NCBI GenBank assembly: GCA_951406725.2
Contig: OX597817.1
Location: forward strand, 146,630,001-146,694,000
Length of the DNA: 64,000 nt
Reading direction: 5' to 3'
DNA from: Octopus vulgaris
Lineage: Eukaryota
Shown: positions 27,801 through 41,400 of the stretch, piece by piece
How the letters are laid out: every line of letters begins with the position of its first letter
Position numbering within the stretch: the first letter of the stretch is position 1
Made by a program: the position numbers and the translations under genes
The notes under the pieces: generated by a model
Told to the model about the DNA's origin: nothing
Database searches by the model: none
Seen by the model: only the letters and a program-made list of their open reading frames with translations

Positions 27801-30800
27801 GGAAGGGCATCTGAGTATAGAAGCTGTCAAAGCTGACAATTAGAGCAGGTTGCAGACCTCTGGTTTGTCAGATTCTTCCAGCTTGTGGAATGCAGATGTT
27901 AATGAAACAGAACAATGGTTAATGAGAAACAGAGCATACATTGTCCTTCCTTTGTACCTGGTTATATTTTATTTAAAAAAAAAAACAAAACAAAACAAAA
28001 CAAAAGAATTATTATCTAACAAATTATATCTCTTTTTCTAGCGAAAGCGGATTCTAATACAAAAGCTGTTAGCTCCAATAGTGTCAAAGTTTGAGACGAT
28101 GCTGGGCAAACTTTGCACAGAAATGAATGAAGAAAACCAAGAAAATTATGCTTGTTGCATTAATAATGCCATCAGTTTTGCTAGGTAAGGCATTGAACAT
28201 AATTAAGAAAAAAACAATACGTCACTTATTAGCAATCTCTAACTTTATTGGTTTAGAATATTTGAGAATTTTTAGAGAGTATTCTAGTAATTATTTTGTG
28301 TTCTTAACCCGTTGTCCTCAGCACCCTCACCCCAGGTTCCTTGGGTAAAGAAAGTGATTTACCACCTAATATTATTTCAGTGGCCGTTGTGCTGGTGGCA
28401 TGTAAAAAGCACCTGGTTGGTGTTAGGAAGGGCATCCAGCTGTAGAAACATTGTCAGATTGGATTGGAGCCTGGTGTAGCCTTCTGTCTCACCCGCCCCC
28501 AGTCAAACTGTCCAACCCATGGCAGAATGGAAAACAGAGGTTAAACAATGATGATGATGTCTCTGAAATGTGTTTTCTGTCTCTTATATTGAATTAAAAT
28601 GCCAAATAGAGGGCAACATTGTCCTCACCACTTAAAAAATTTTTTTTTATCACCAATACTGGCGCTTGTGGTGCCAGTCGAACCAGCAGTTACTGTCTAG
28701 TTTTCCAATGCAGAAAATACTGGCCGGGACAGCAGCCACTGGAGTATTTGTATTTGTATCTGCAGCTGGTGGCCGGAATAGCAGCTGCTGGGGTATTTGT
28801 ATTTGTGGCTGGTGGCCAGAATTGTAGCCGCTGGGGTTCTTATGGTTAAGTGATTTAAAACTGCAAGAATATTTCTTTGTCTTTGAGAATAACATCTCAT
28901 CTAGTAGGTTAACATGATGAATGAATAATAGCAGGAGTAAGATAGCACAGATGTTATCTTGTTTCAGTCATCAGACTGTGGCCATGCTGGGGCACTGCCT
29001 TGAAGAAATTTTAGTTTAAGGAATTGACCCTGGTGCTTATTCTGTTGGTCCCTTTTGCTGAACCACTAGGTTACAAGGATGCATATACGATGGGCTTCTT
29101 TCAGTTTCCATCTATCAAATCCATTCACAAGACGTTGGTCAACCTGCGGCTATAGAGGAAAATAATTGCCCATGGTGCCATGCAGTGGGACTGAACCCGG
29201 AACCATGTGGTTGGGAAGCCACACAGCCATAGGCAGCATGTTACGTCTAAGAAGTGAAACAGAACAATGCTACAATCAGAATTCAACACAACAATGAACT
29301 TGTACAGGGAAAGAACAAAAGCTAGTAACATGGTGTGTTAAGTAGCCAAAATAATTAATCAGGAATGACATAGAGTACCTTATAATTAGGTGACTATTAG
29401 AACTGTTCTATGATGAACTATTCGACAATGACCATAAGTATGGAAATGGAAATTATCTGTAGTTGTGTCTGAAGTCAGTCATAGAAGCCATATTTAAATG
29501 CCTCAAAGTTAACCAATGAATTAAGCAAATGAAGTTATCTCCAGGCTGTGTCATTGTTAATGAATGCTTTGTTTCCACTATTGTTACTCGTTTCAAAAAA
29601 TAAAATACATTGCAGTGTTGACTATCGAACAATTTTGCTAGAAAGCGGTAGGGAAGTGATGGATACTTAAAAAATCACTATATGAATTGGGTTTGTATTT
29701 AGCCTAGGACCAACCTGAAGGTAGTCAAAAATAAAATACCATACAGTTAAGTCATTTAGGGGTCTAAATCAAGATCAGATAAGATTTGTGAAACGTAAAA
29801 TAGTAGGTTACGTAGTTAAAGTTATATTTATTTCTTTATTGCTCACAAGGGGCTAAACATAGAGAGAAGAAACAAAGGGATTAAGTTGATTACATCAATC
29901 CCCAGCAACTTGTACTTATTTAATTGACTCCAAAATGATGAAAGGCAGAATCGATCTTGGCAGAATTTGAACTCAGAATGTAATGGTAGACGAAATACCT
30001 GTTTCTTTACTACCCACAAGGGGCTAAACACAAGAGAGGACAGACAAACAGATTAAGTCGATTATATCGACCCCAGTGCGTAACTGGTACTTAATCGACC
30101 CCGAAAGGATGAAAGGCAAAGTCGACCTCCGTGGAATTTGAACTCAGAACGTAGCGGCAGATGAAATACGTCTACGCATTTCGCCCGGCGTGCTAATGTT
30201 TCTGCCAGCTCGCCGCCTTTAATATTATATTGCGGTTGGCTTGTTTTAAGTTTGTCTTGATAATTACCTTTTTATTACTAGAGAATTTAATGGTTTATAT
30301 ATTAACAGATCAACTGTTTTTATTGATGAGGCCCAGAAGCCTGTTTACACCACTTCAGGATTCCCCTCCATCTCATATATTCTTCAGTCGGACAGTGCCT
30401 GTAAATTTTACAGACTCCAACACACTAAATTTATGATAATTGGGTTCATGTCATATACATGTCAAACTGTTGAAAATTATTGGTTTTGTGGTTAAAAAGT
30501 TTATTTCACAACCATGTGGTTTTGGTTTCAATTGTGGAACCATGGGCAAGTGTCTTCTACTATAGCATTGGACCAACCATAGCCTTGTGAATGGATTTGG
30601 TTGGTAGAAACTGAAAGAAGCTTGTATGTGTGTTTGTGTGTGAATTTGTATTTTTCTTGTTTTCATTGGTTTGTAAAACAATGATTTCCTGACTGTCATT
30701 TACTTTACAGACCAATATAAAAGCATGTCTGGGCTGGTTGTTGTTTGATAGGTTGGGAGATTATTGCCTCACTTGGAAACGAGAAAGGGTGGCAAAAGGA

Positions 30801-33672
30801 AGGGCATCTGTCCATGAAAACACTGATCCAACAAAGTCTTGTCTGAGCTATACAAGCATTAAAAAAAAAAAAGTAGCCGTTAAAACAATGAGGATGTGTT
30901 CAGGGATATAGGTGTATGGGGGAAGAAACTTTGTCACTGCTTCACTTTCACCTTGTTTTATTTTTATTTTTCAGTCGAATAAGCAAAGGCTTTTCTAACC
31001 AGCAAACTATGAAACAGTGTGGTTGTGTGGATGCTTTCACTGAAGCTTTGAAAATCTTTCTACAAGGTTTCAAATGTCCTGTACAGAGACAACTTATACG
31101 GTCTGGTGTAAGGCAATACCTACATCGAATGGTGGTTTGTTTGGAGGAAGAAATTTTCCCTTTTATTCCTGTTATTCTTGAAAATCTGCTGCAACAGCCT
31201 GATGCCAAAGAACTCCATGATTTCATTCCACTAATGACACAACTCATCATGAAGTTCAAAGTAAGTGGCATCTTTAACCCTTTAGTGTTCTGATTATTCT
31301 ATTAAACATAATACTTATTGATTCACTTTGATTTCAATTAATCATGCATTATCTCATATCTTCAAGATCTTGATGGTGTAATTACCTAATGTAGAATAAC
31401 ATTGTAGGGTAAGTGTGAGAGCCTGGATCTGGTCAGTTTGAACATAAAACAGATTAAATATTTTGGCCGGATATGACCGGTTTAAATACTAAAGGGTTAA
31501 TTAAAACCTAATGACTGGTTAATTACATATTTGTCCTGAGAATCTCTCTATATATAAATGGCAAAATGTGTATGTGTGTGTATCCTTTATACAAATCCAC
31601 AGTTTTTCAGTTAGAGGGCTTGCACTTTCTATGGTCATTCAAAACCGTCCAAGGGTGGTCGTGCACATCTTTACATTTCCCTAGTCACCCTGCAAAGCCA
31701 TTAAAAAATCAATAGAAGTGACGTTTTTGTGAATTTTCTATCCAAAACTCAATCAAAATGCCTGAAACTTGATATGCCAATTGAATGCCAGCTAGCTGTT
31801 TGTGATTGGTCGGAGATTTGGACAGTACTCGCGTGTATGTGCGCATGCACACAGCTGTATATGCATGCACTAGCACTATGACCCAGCAACGGGTAATTAG
31901 ATATTTAATCTTTCTCATGACTTCTGGGTGCTGTCTGTGTGTTTAAGAAGTTTTCTTCTCAACCATGTGATCTTTGGCTTTAGTCCCACTGCATGGCATC
32001 TTGGGCAGGTGTCTTGTACTGTAGTCCAAGGTTGACCAAAACCTTGTGAGTGGGTTGAGTAGATGGAAACGGAAGGAAACCTGTCGTGTTTGTGCGTCCT
32101 CGTTTTGAGATTGTGTTACTGTTGTAAACAGGTGCCACTGTCATATAAGCAGTGTTATTCGTTTCCAATCTTTCATGAAAATCTGTCTGGTCATGGAAAT
32201 ATCACTTGGTTTGGAACCAAGTGAGGTTGATGACAGGAAGGGTATTTGGTAGTGAATAAGACCCAAGGAAAAGTGGACGTTTAAATGATGGTGATTACTT
32301 CTGCCTTTTGATTAACCCTTTAACTTGAGATTACTCTAACAAATGTAATGCTTATTTATTCAATTAATCATTCATCATCTTAGCACCCACTACACTCTTG
32401 GAGTGGTTGGCATTAGGAAGGGCGTCCAGCTGTAGAAACTCTGCCAGATTAAGATTGTAGCCTGGTGCAGCTATCTGATTCGCCAGACCTCAGTCAAATC
32501 GTCCAACCCATGCTAGCATGGAAAGCGGACGTTAAACGATGATGATGTTGCTTTGAGATTTTGATGATGTGACTATTTTTATAGTATAGGCTAGGTGTGA
32601 GAGGCTGGATGTGGATAGTTTGGACATAAAACACTATTTGGGCTGCATATAGCCAGTATAATACCAAAGGGTTAACCTTGCAGTTAAGGATCAGATAAAG
32701 ATTGGTGTAGTTAATATGAAGGGATGCTAAAATAAGTTGGGATTAGTTAATTTGTAGGTGAGGAATAAAAGTATCGGCATTTTGAACTTGTTTAATGCGG
32801 ATTAACACTTTTCTGCCATATTTCTATTGAAATATATTGCCTTTATTTCAATTAATTTTGAACAATAATGAAGAGTTTAGTAAAACAACAGTTATCATTA
32901 TGTTGGTATTTGGTGCATAAATTAACATAAAATTACAATGGAAAGTTTTTCGATCACTTCAAAACTAAATTTATATCCCAGCCCCAGTGGCTTTCTTAGG
33001 TGGGTTGGTATGAAAAAGTGTTAAATAATCCTCTCTTCTTGCTAGTAATATTAATAATATGATTGTTATTTACTTAGTATTTTTGATTATTTCAGAAAAC
33101 AATTAGTCCATTCCTCAGGGAGATGTTCTGCCCTTTTGTACAAACCATATACAGAGTTTTATCAATTCCCCAAGATGAGTATGATCAGGTGACAGCTAAT
33201 GAGAAGAGATTACTTCAGAAGAGTTATTTCCAGTTTCTGGCCTGTATTGTCAGCAACAATGTTCATGAAGTCATACAAGATCAAGGTAACCATTTTGTTA
33301 TCGTTGTTGTTGTTATTTAGCCCCAGGTCAGTGTTGGTCAAACACATCTATAGTTAATTATGAGCATCCCGTCTATGTGATGGTTCCAATGCACACTTCC
33401 TGTTTTAAATGGGTAAGATTTGAAGGAAATTTGGCCTCTGGTGGATCTAGCAACCAAGTGGTTGATTTTGTGGGATTTTAATATAGATCGTAATAGTTTC
33501 TTACATAGGTGCAGGTGTGACAAGAAGTTTGCTTCCCAACCACATGGTCTTGGGTTCAGTCCTACTCTGTGGCACCTTGGGCAAGTATCTTCTACAATAG
33601 CCACAGGCGGACCACTTCCTTGTGAGCGTACCTGGTAGACAAATTGAAAGAAATCTGTTGTGCATGTGCATA

Positions 33673-33746
<74 letters not shown>

Positions 33747-35373
33747 GCACCAACCGATCGTGGAAGCTGCTAGCCTCCCCTGGCCCCTGTGACGGTGGCA
33801 TGTAAAAAGCACCCCTCTACACTCACGGAGTGGTTGGCGTAAGGAAGGGCATCCAACTGTAGAAACACTGCCAGATCAGACTGGAGCCTGGTGCAGCCTC
33901 CATGGCTTACCAGACCCCGGTTGAACTGACCAACCCGTGCTAGCACAGAAAACGGATGCTAAACGATGATGATGATGATGTGAAAAATCAAAACAAGATC
34001 GAAATCATAATGGAAATTGTAGTTGTGGCCGATGCCAGTGTCACCTGACTGGCAAGCACCATCCGAACGTGGTTGATGCCATTGCCTCCTGACTGGTTTC
34101 CCATGCCGGTGGCACATAAAGAGCACCATTCTAACATGGTCAATGCCAATGCTGTGTGGCTGGCTCCTGTGCTGGTGGCACATAGAAAACACCATCCGAA
34201 TGTGGTCAAAGCCTGCTCACCACCCTAATAATAATAATAATAATAATAATAATAGTGTTTATATATGCATCTAGGAATATAAAAACTACGATTTCCCACT
34301 CTTTGCTCAAACCACTTTATTCATTATGATTTATGTGCAAACGAAAGATTGCTGAATCTGTTGTTAATCTTTGATTGTTGAATTGATTCTGAAACTTTGG
34401 TTATTCATACAGAAGCTGCAAACTTCCATCAGGTTTTAATGACCATTGTTGAAGGGGCTTGCAATAATCCTGATCCCCAGGTAAGTACTGTTTGTTAATC
34501 TCAAATGTAACTTCCTTCACTTGTTTCAGTCATTGGATGTCAATGCCTTGAAAGGGTCTTTCCCTTCATCTCCAGTACTATTTTAACCCTTTCATTACCA
34601 ACTGGGCTGAAACTGCCTCTGGCTCTGTAGTACAAATGTCTTGTTTTCATAAGTTCTGAATTAAAATCTTCTACCAAACCTTAGTCACAATTTATGTTCC
34701 AAACACCAGCTTAACTAAATTCTTTTTTATATTTAAAATCAATTGAAAGAAACACAGTGCTTCTCAAAATAAATACGGTAATGAAAGGAGTTTGATACTT
34801 ATTCTCTCACACTGTCTTTGCTTAACTGCAAAGTGATGGTGATGCAAACAAACCAACACTGGTTGCCAACTGTGAAAGATACACTCACACATAGGACAGG
34901 CTTCCACAGTTTGTCTTTTAGATTCACACACAAGGCATTGGTCAGTCTAACGCTGTAATATTAGGCACTTGCTTAAGATACCAAGCAGTGGGACTGAATA
35001 CAAAATTACTTAGCATTAAATTAATAAGCACAGGTATGGCTTGACTGGCTTCTGTGCCAGTGGCACGTAAAAAGTACCATTTGAGTGTGGTTGTTGCTAG
35101 TGTCGCCTGACAGGTTCTATGCCAGTGACATGTAAAATGCACCATTCGAGCATGGTTGATGCCAGTGCTGCCAGACTGGCCCTTGTGTTGGTGGCACGTA
35201 AAAAGCACCCACTACACTCTCGGAGTGGTTGGCGTTAGGAAGGGCATCCAGCTGTAGAAACCTTACCAGATCAGATCAGATTGGAGCCTGGTGCAGCCTT
35301 CTGGCTTGCCAGTCCTCAGTCAAACCGTCCAACCCATGCTAGCATGGAAAGCGGATGTTAAATGAGGATGAGA

Positions 35374-35404
<31 letters not shown>

Positions 35405-38400
35405 GTGTGATCATATTAAATAACACCTATATGTTTTTAAAACGTTTTTTTCTTTCTGTTATTCATTTTTTTGTTATTTATATTTTCTAGATTCAAAAAA
35501 TCTGTTTTGGAATTTTAAAACGGCTGATTGAAGTATGGTGTAAGTATTAGACATTTTCAATGTTACATATGTTATCTTTCACTTGTTTCACTCATTAGAT
35601 TGTGGCCATGCTAGGGCACTACCTTGAATTTTTAGTCAAATGAATTGACCCCAGTATTTATTTTTTATTTAAGCCTGGCACTTATTCTATCAGTCTCTTT
35701 TACTGAACTGCTAAGTTAAGGCGGTACTAGCAATGATCTCGCTTGAATCTTTTTACACATGCCACTGGCAGAGGTGCCAGTATGGCAATGCTGGTAACGA
35801 TCACACTCGAATGGTGTGCTTTTACATGCCACCGGCATGGAAACCAGTTAGCTGCTCTGGATATGATCACGAAAATATTACAATTTAAGCCTTTTTTTCG
35901 TAAAGGGTTATTGGCGTTAGGAAAGGCATCCAGCTGTAGAAAACCATGCCAAATCAGACTGGAGTCTGGTGCAGCCTCCCAGCTTACTAGCCCTGGTCAA
36001 ACTGTCCAACCCATGTCAGCATGGACAACGGTTGGAGAGATGCCTGTCAAAGAAAATGTTCAAAGAAAGATGGTTGCATGTTGCGAGGGTGCTGGGAATG
36101 AAAGATTCCTCGTGAACATGTCATAAGTCTGCATACAAAAGTTTCAGTAGGAGAATGGGGCTCGTGGGGTCGGAGCATAACCCATCTCTCTGCTTCATTT
36201 CATGTTTGTATTTTGTCCTTGTTGTATCTCATTCGATTTCATTATATTTTGTAAAATTTTAAGTCGTATAATCCTTGTGTGCCTGACCCCAATCAGGCTG
36301 TATTGTCCCCCTCTATGTTTGGGCCCTTGTGGCTAATAAAGAAACAGGGTGTTAAATGATGTAAATCATCATGTCTGACTTCCAAGCTGGCAATGGGTTG
36401 GGTGGTTTGGTAGTAGCCAGGCAAGCTGAGGAGTTCCACCAGCTTCAGTTTTCTGCTTTGGTATGGTTTCTACAGCTTGGATGCTCTTCCTAACACCAAC
36501 CACTTTTCTGTGTACTGGGTGCTTTTTATGTGGCACCAACACAGGTGCTTTTTACATGAGTCCGTTTAAAATGCTTGGTAGATAATCCAGGTGATTGCAA
36601 GTTTGTACTAAAGAAGTTAGTCAGTGAAATGTTGAAAATTGACGGGTTGCTGTAGAAAAGAAATTTGGAAATCATAAAAATGTGTTTAAGGATTTGTAAA
36701 GTAGTTTTCAAAAAATTGTTTTGAAGAGGACTTCATTAATAGATTTTATTCTTTGTTTTGCAGGTGGTGAGAACGGACTGGTTGGATTTGAGGAATTTGT
36801 TTATCAAAGTGTTGTACCTGCTTGTATCTTAACTCCTATGAAACCAGCCTTTGATTTGAATGATGCTCAAACTGTTATTGTAAGTTGCAATTTGATTGAT
36901 TTTTGTTTATCTTTTTTTTTTTATATTTTTAACCCTTTAGCATTTAAACTGGCCATATCCGGCCAAAAGTATTCTGCCTGTTTTATGTTCAAACTGGCCA
37001 GATCTGGTCTCTCACACCAACCCTACAATATCGTTTTAAAAATTAACAGCTACCTCATCACAATCTCATAGCTACAAGATAATGCCTGATTAGTTCAAAA
37101 CAATGTGGATAAAAAAAGGATTAATTTTGGCAGAATAATGCAAACACTAAAGGGTTAAATGTATTTTATTCATCTTCCTTCACTCACCCATCCTGGGTCT
37201 TGTGTTGTTGCTCTCTCTGTGTCTTTTTGGGTTCTCTCCTGGACGACATTATAGAATAGTAGGGACTTTTTAGTCTTATGAGATGCAAAGCAACTTCACT
37301 AGTGCCACAGTGATCATTAATCATTAAGGTGGTTGACAAATGAGTGGCAGAAATAATGAGGGGTCAATGGGAGTCCTTTTAGTTTTGTCAAACAAAAGAC
37401 ATCTCTAGTGCTGGCTGCCACAATACAATGCATCCAGTTCCCTCTATAAAGTAGTTGGTGACAGGAAAGGCATCCAGCTGTAGAAATCCAGCGAAAAAGG
37501 AAATCGATGACCATGACATGGTTCTTGAACTTGTTTAGGTGGGCGGTGACTAATGACCTGTCCAGTCTGTACCAGCACAGAAAGCGGGCATGAAATGCAG
37601 ATTATTAGAGAAAAATAAAATGTATTCATTTGAAGAAAAAAATCTACCTAAAACTATCCATTTAACCCTTTAGTGTTCAGATTATTCTATCAAACATAAT
37701 GCTTATTGATTCATATTGATTTGAATTAATCATGCATTATCTCATATCTTCAAGATCTTGATGGTGTAATTACTTAATGTAGAATAACATTGTAGGGTAG
37801 GTGTGAGAGCCTGGATCTGGTCAGTTTGAACATAAAACAGATTAGTTATTTTGGCCGGATATGGCCGGTTTAAATACTAAAGGGTTAATGCTTCTGGCAT
37901 TAAATGTGTTAACACTGATTTAGCTTTTGTTTTTTTCTCATGTGTATGGTGTCTTTGAGTAATATTTAAAAAAAAAAAAATTTTAGTTTTATAAGCTAAT
38001 ATAGTTTTATTCATGTATATCAATGCTTGTGAAACTTTTTCCGACTATTGCACCTTTCCTTTTTCTAATTAATAACTTTCAATGCCGCCTTTTTATGGTG
38101 ATTCAACTAAATACACCTCAAAGACATTGCCATCAAATTCATTACTGTTAAGACTACTTATGCTTAAACCATTTCTTCAATATAAGATGGAATGTCAAAG
38201 GCAGCGAGCTGGCAGAAACGTTGGCATGCTGAGCGAAATGCTTAGTGGTATTTCATCTGTCATTACGTTCTGAGTTCAAATTCCACCAAGGCCGACTTTG
38301 CCTTTCATCCTTTTGGGGTCGATAAATTAAGTGCCAGTTACGCACTGGGGTTGATGTAATTGACTTAATCCGTTTGTCTGTCCTTGTTTGTCCCCTCTAT

Positions 38401-41400
38401 GTTTAGCCCCTTGTGGGCAGTAAAGAAATATACAAGATGGAATGTCAAAACATTTTGACCACTAATATGATTCCCACACAGAATCATCATTTAACGTCCC
38501 TTTTTCCATGCTGGCATGGGTTGGATGGTTTGACAAGAACAGACGAGGCAGAAGGCTCTGCCAGGGTCTAGGTCTGCTTTGGCATGGTTTCTGCAGCTGG
38601 ATGCTATTCCTAATGCCAACTACTTAAGTGTAGTGGGTGCTTTTTATGTAGCACCAACACTAGAATAATGATTGAAAACATTTTCGTAAATTAGGGCAAT
38701 CTATTGCCCCCCTCCCCTGCTTCCTTTGTCCTGCAGTACCCATATAAAATTTTCTACTGTTCCTCCCCTCCTTTGAGTAGGGTATTTCAACAGGATTTTG
38801 GCAAGAATCCTGAGTGTCTGCTTCCTTAATATTACCATACAATGGAAACCTCTCTGGAGTTGTCTTCCCTACTTGTTGAAATAATTAAAACATTACTGGT
38901 TGACTAATTTTTTTTTTATCCTCCTTGCATAATTATTCTAAATGAAGATTTTAATGTTCCCTGCATTAACTGGATCAATCCAGTTAATATAAAAATAAAA
39001 ATAAAAATTTCTATATAGGCTTGCTTTAAGATTTTTAGGGATTAGAAAGCAGGTAAAAATTTTTTAAAAATCGGTTTTAAATTTTCAAAACTAGCTGGTA
39101 TCCTTTCTGAAGAAAATGGTTATTAATGAAGACATGGTTGTTTTAGTAATTTGAGAAATGAATTTATATAAAGTGTTGAATCTATCGATCTCTTTATTGT
39201 TGATAAATACGTTTTTTTGTATTTTATATATTTAACTTCCCATTTGGTTTCAGAACGTATATATTTGATATATTCTTTGTTCCAGGCTTTGGGAGAGAGT
39301 GCACAGTGTTTGAAATGTATTCTTGATAAAAGGGTAAGTTTTACAAATAGTAATGTTTACAAAGAAAAATGAGATTCTGTTTTTAGACATGTCTGTTAAA
39401 ATATTGACTTAACCCTTTTGATACCAAACTGCTTGAGTCACCCCTTGTTGTATGATGCCAACTTGCCTGTTTTAAGATGAACTAAATTAAAATCCTCCAT
39501 TGAGATTTCATATCAATTATGTTCCAAACACCAGCTTAATAACAGCTATGTACTAAATTCTTCATTATTTATGAAATTGATTGCAACAAAGGCAGTGTAT
39601 ATCAAGAGGAATATGGTAACAAAATGGTTGGTGCCATGTAAAAAGCACTTAGTACATTCTATGGAGTGGTTGGAGTTAGGAAGGGCATCCATCTGTAGAG
39701 TCCAAGTGAAAACAGACTATAGAACCTGGTGTGGGCCCTTGGCCATGCCAATTCCTGTCAAGCCGTCCAACCCATACCAGCATGGAAAACGGACGTTAAA
39801 TGTTGATTATGATAATAAATCCCTGAGATATAATTACAGACTGACTTTATTCACTGTCAATTCTCCTGGTTGTCTTTTATTCATCCTGTAACTTTGTGGA
39901 AATATAGTTATTAAATTAACAAAGCTACATAGATCCAGCCATAGCTTTGTGGTTAAGTTCACTTGGCAACCTTGTGGTCTGGGGTTTTTTCTGACATTAG
40001 ACGAGGATTGTTATATTTTATTCAAATATAAATTAACGTGTTATTTCAGTTATAATGTTATTTTTTATTGGAGGCAATGTGGCTGACACTGGTGTTGCAT
40101 ACCTGTCATGTAAAGAGCACCGTTTGAGCATTGGGCCTTGAAGAGGTATCTGGCACCCATGCTGGTAGCACATAAAAAGCACCTGTTGAGTGTCGAGCCT
40201 CATGGAAGCAATGTGTCTGATGCCAGTGTCACATAACTGGCATCTGTGCTGGTGCCATGTAAAAGGCACCTTTTGAGCATTGGGCCTGACGGAGGCAATG
40301 ACTGACTGAGACCTTTGGCAATATGCTGTCATGCTTGAGAAGAAGGTCCATCAAACCAAGTGAAATCACAATCATGGTGGATACTGGTGTCATGCAACTG
40401 GCACGTAAAGCACCCATTACAGTCTCTGAGTGGTTAGTGTTAGGAAGGGCTTTCCAGCTGTAGAAACCATGTCAAATCAGACTGGAGTCTGGTGCAGCCC
40501 CTTAGCTTGTCAGCCCAGGTCAAACTGTCCGACCCAAGCCAGCATGGATAATGAATGTTAAATGATGATGATGATGATGATGATGAAAGCTGATATTTTT
40601 GTTATTTTACTATTTAAATTTTTTTTTACCATCCTCAGGGTGATGAAGTCATTAACTATTTACAGAATGAATATTTTCCAAAACTTCAACTTTCCCCAGA
40701 TCTGACACAAGTAAGTATTTTTTTTTTTCCATCTAGTTTCAGCTCATGAGCTGAGGCCATGCTGGGGTGATGCCATTTGGTGTTGCTACATGTTTTTACT
40801 TCACGAATGCTTTTTAGCAATTGGCATTTGGTGCATGAGAGAATTTAATGCAGCTGCCCTGATCTGCACCTCCTGCTGCAAAGTTGGTTCATCTGGGACA
40901 CCTGACAGGAAGAGGTCCAGCTTTATTTTGAAGATGCCTACATCCACCCCATGCAGGTCTCTCAGGTCCTTCGGGAGGATATTGAAGAGCTGTGGACCTC
41001 TGAAACCCAGGCTATTTCTGTATCTTGTCCTACATCTTGATGGCAAATTTGGCGTCCTTGGCACTATGCAGTGGCGCCCAGTTCTGGTATTTGTGTAACT
41101 CTCGATGCCAAAGTTTGGGACAAGTCCTTCCAGGATCTTCCAGCTGTATATTATGGCATATCTTTCTTGCCTACTCTCTAAGGAATAGTCTTTCAGTTTT
41201 ATACATTGTTAATCGATGAGTTTTTATTTTGTTTCCATGATTTTGAAGTTTGTGATCTGAAGGTTGCAAATTGACTGACTTCATTTTCTTCTTTCAGCAA
41301 TTCTGCCAGGCCTATGTGATGGACATAAAATCTTTTAAACATTTTTTAAAGGTCAGTACTCTCATCAGATCTCCACAGTATTCTGTTCATTATGTTAACT

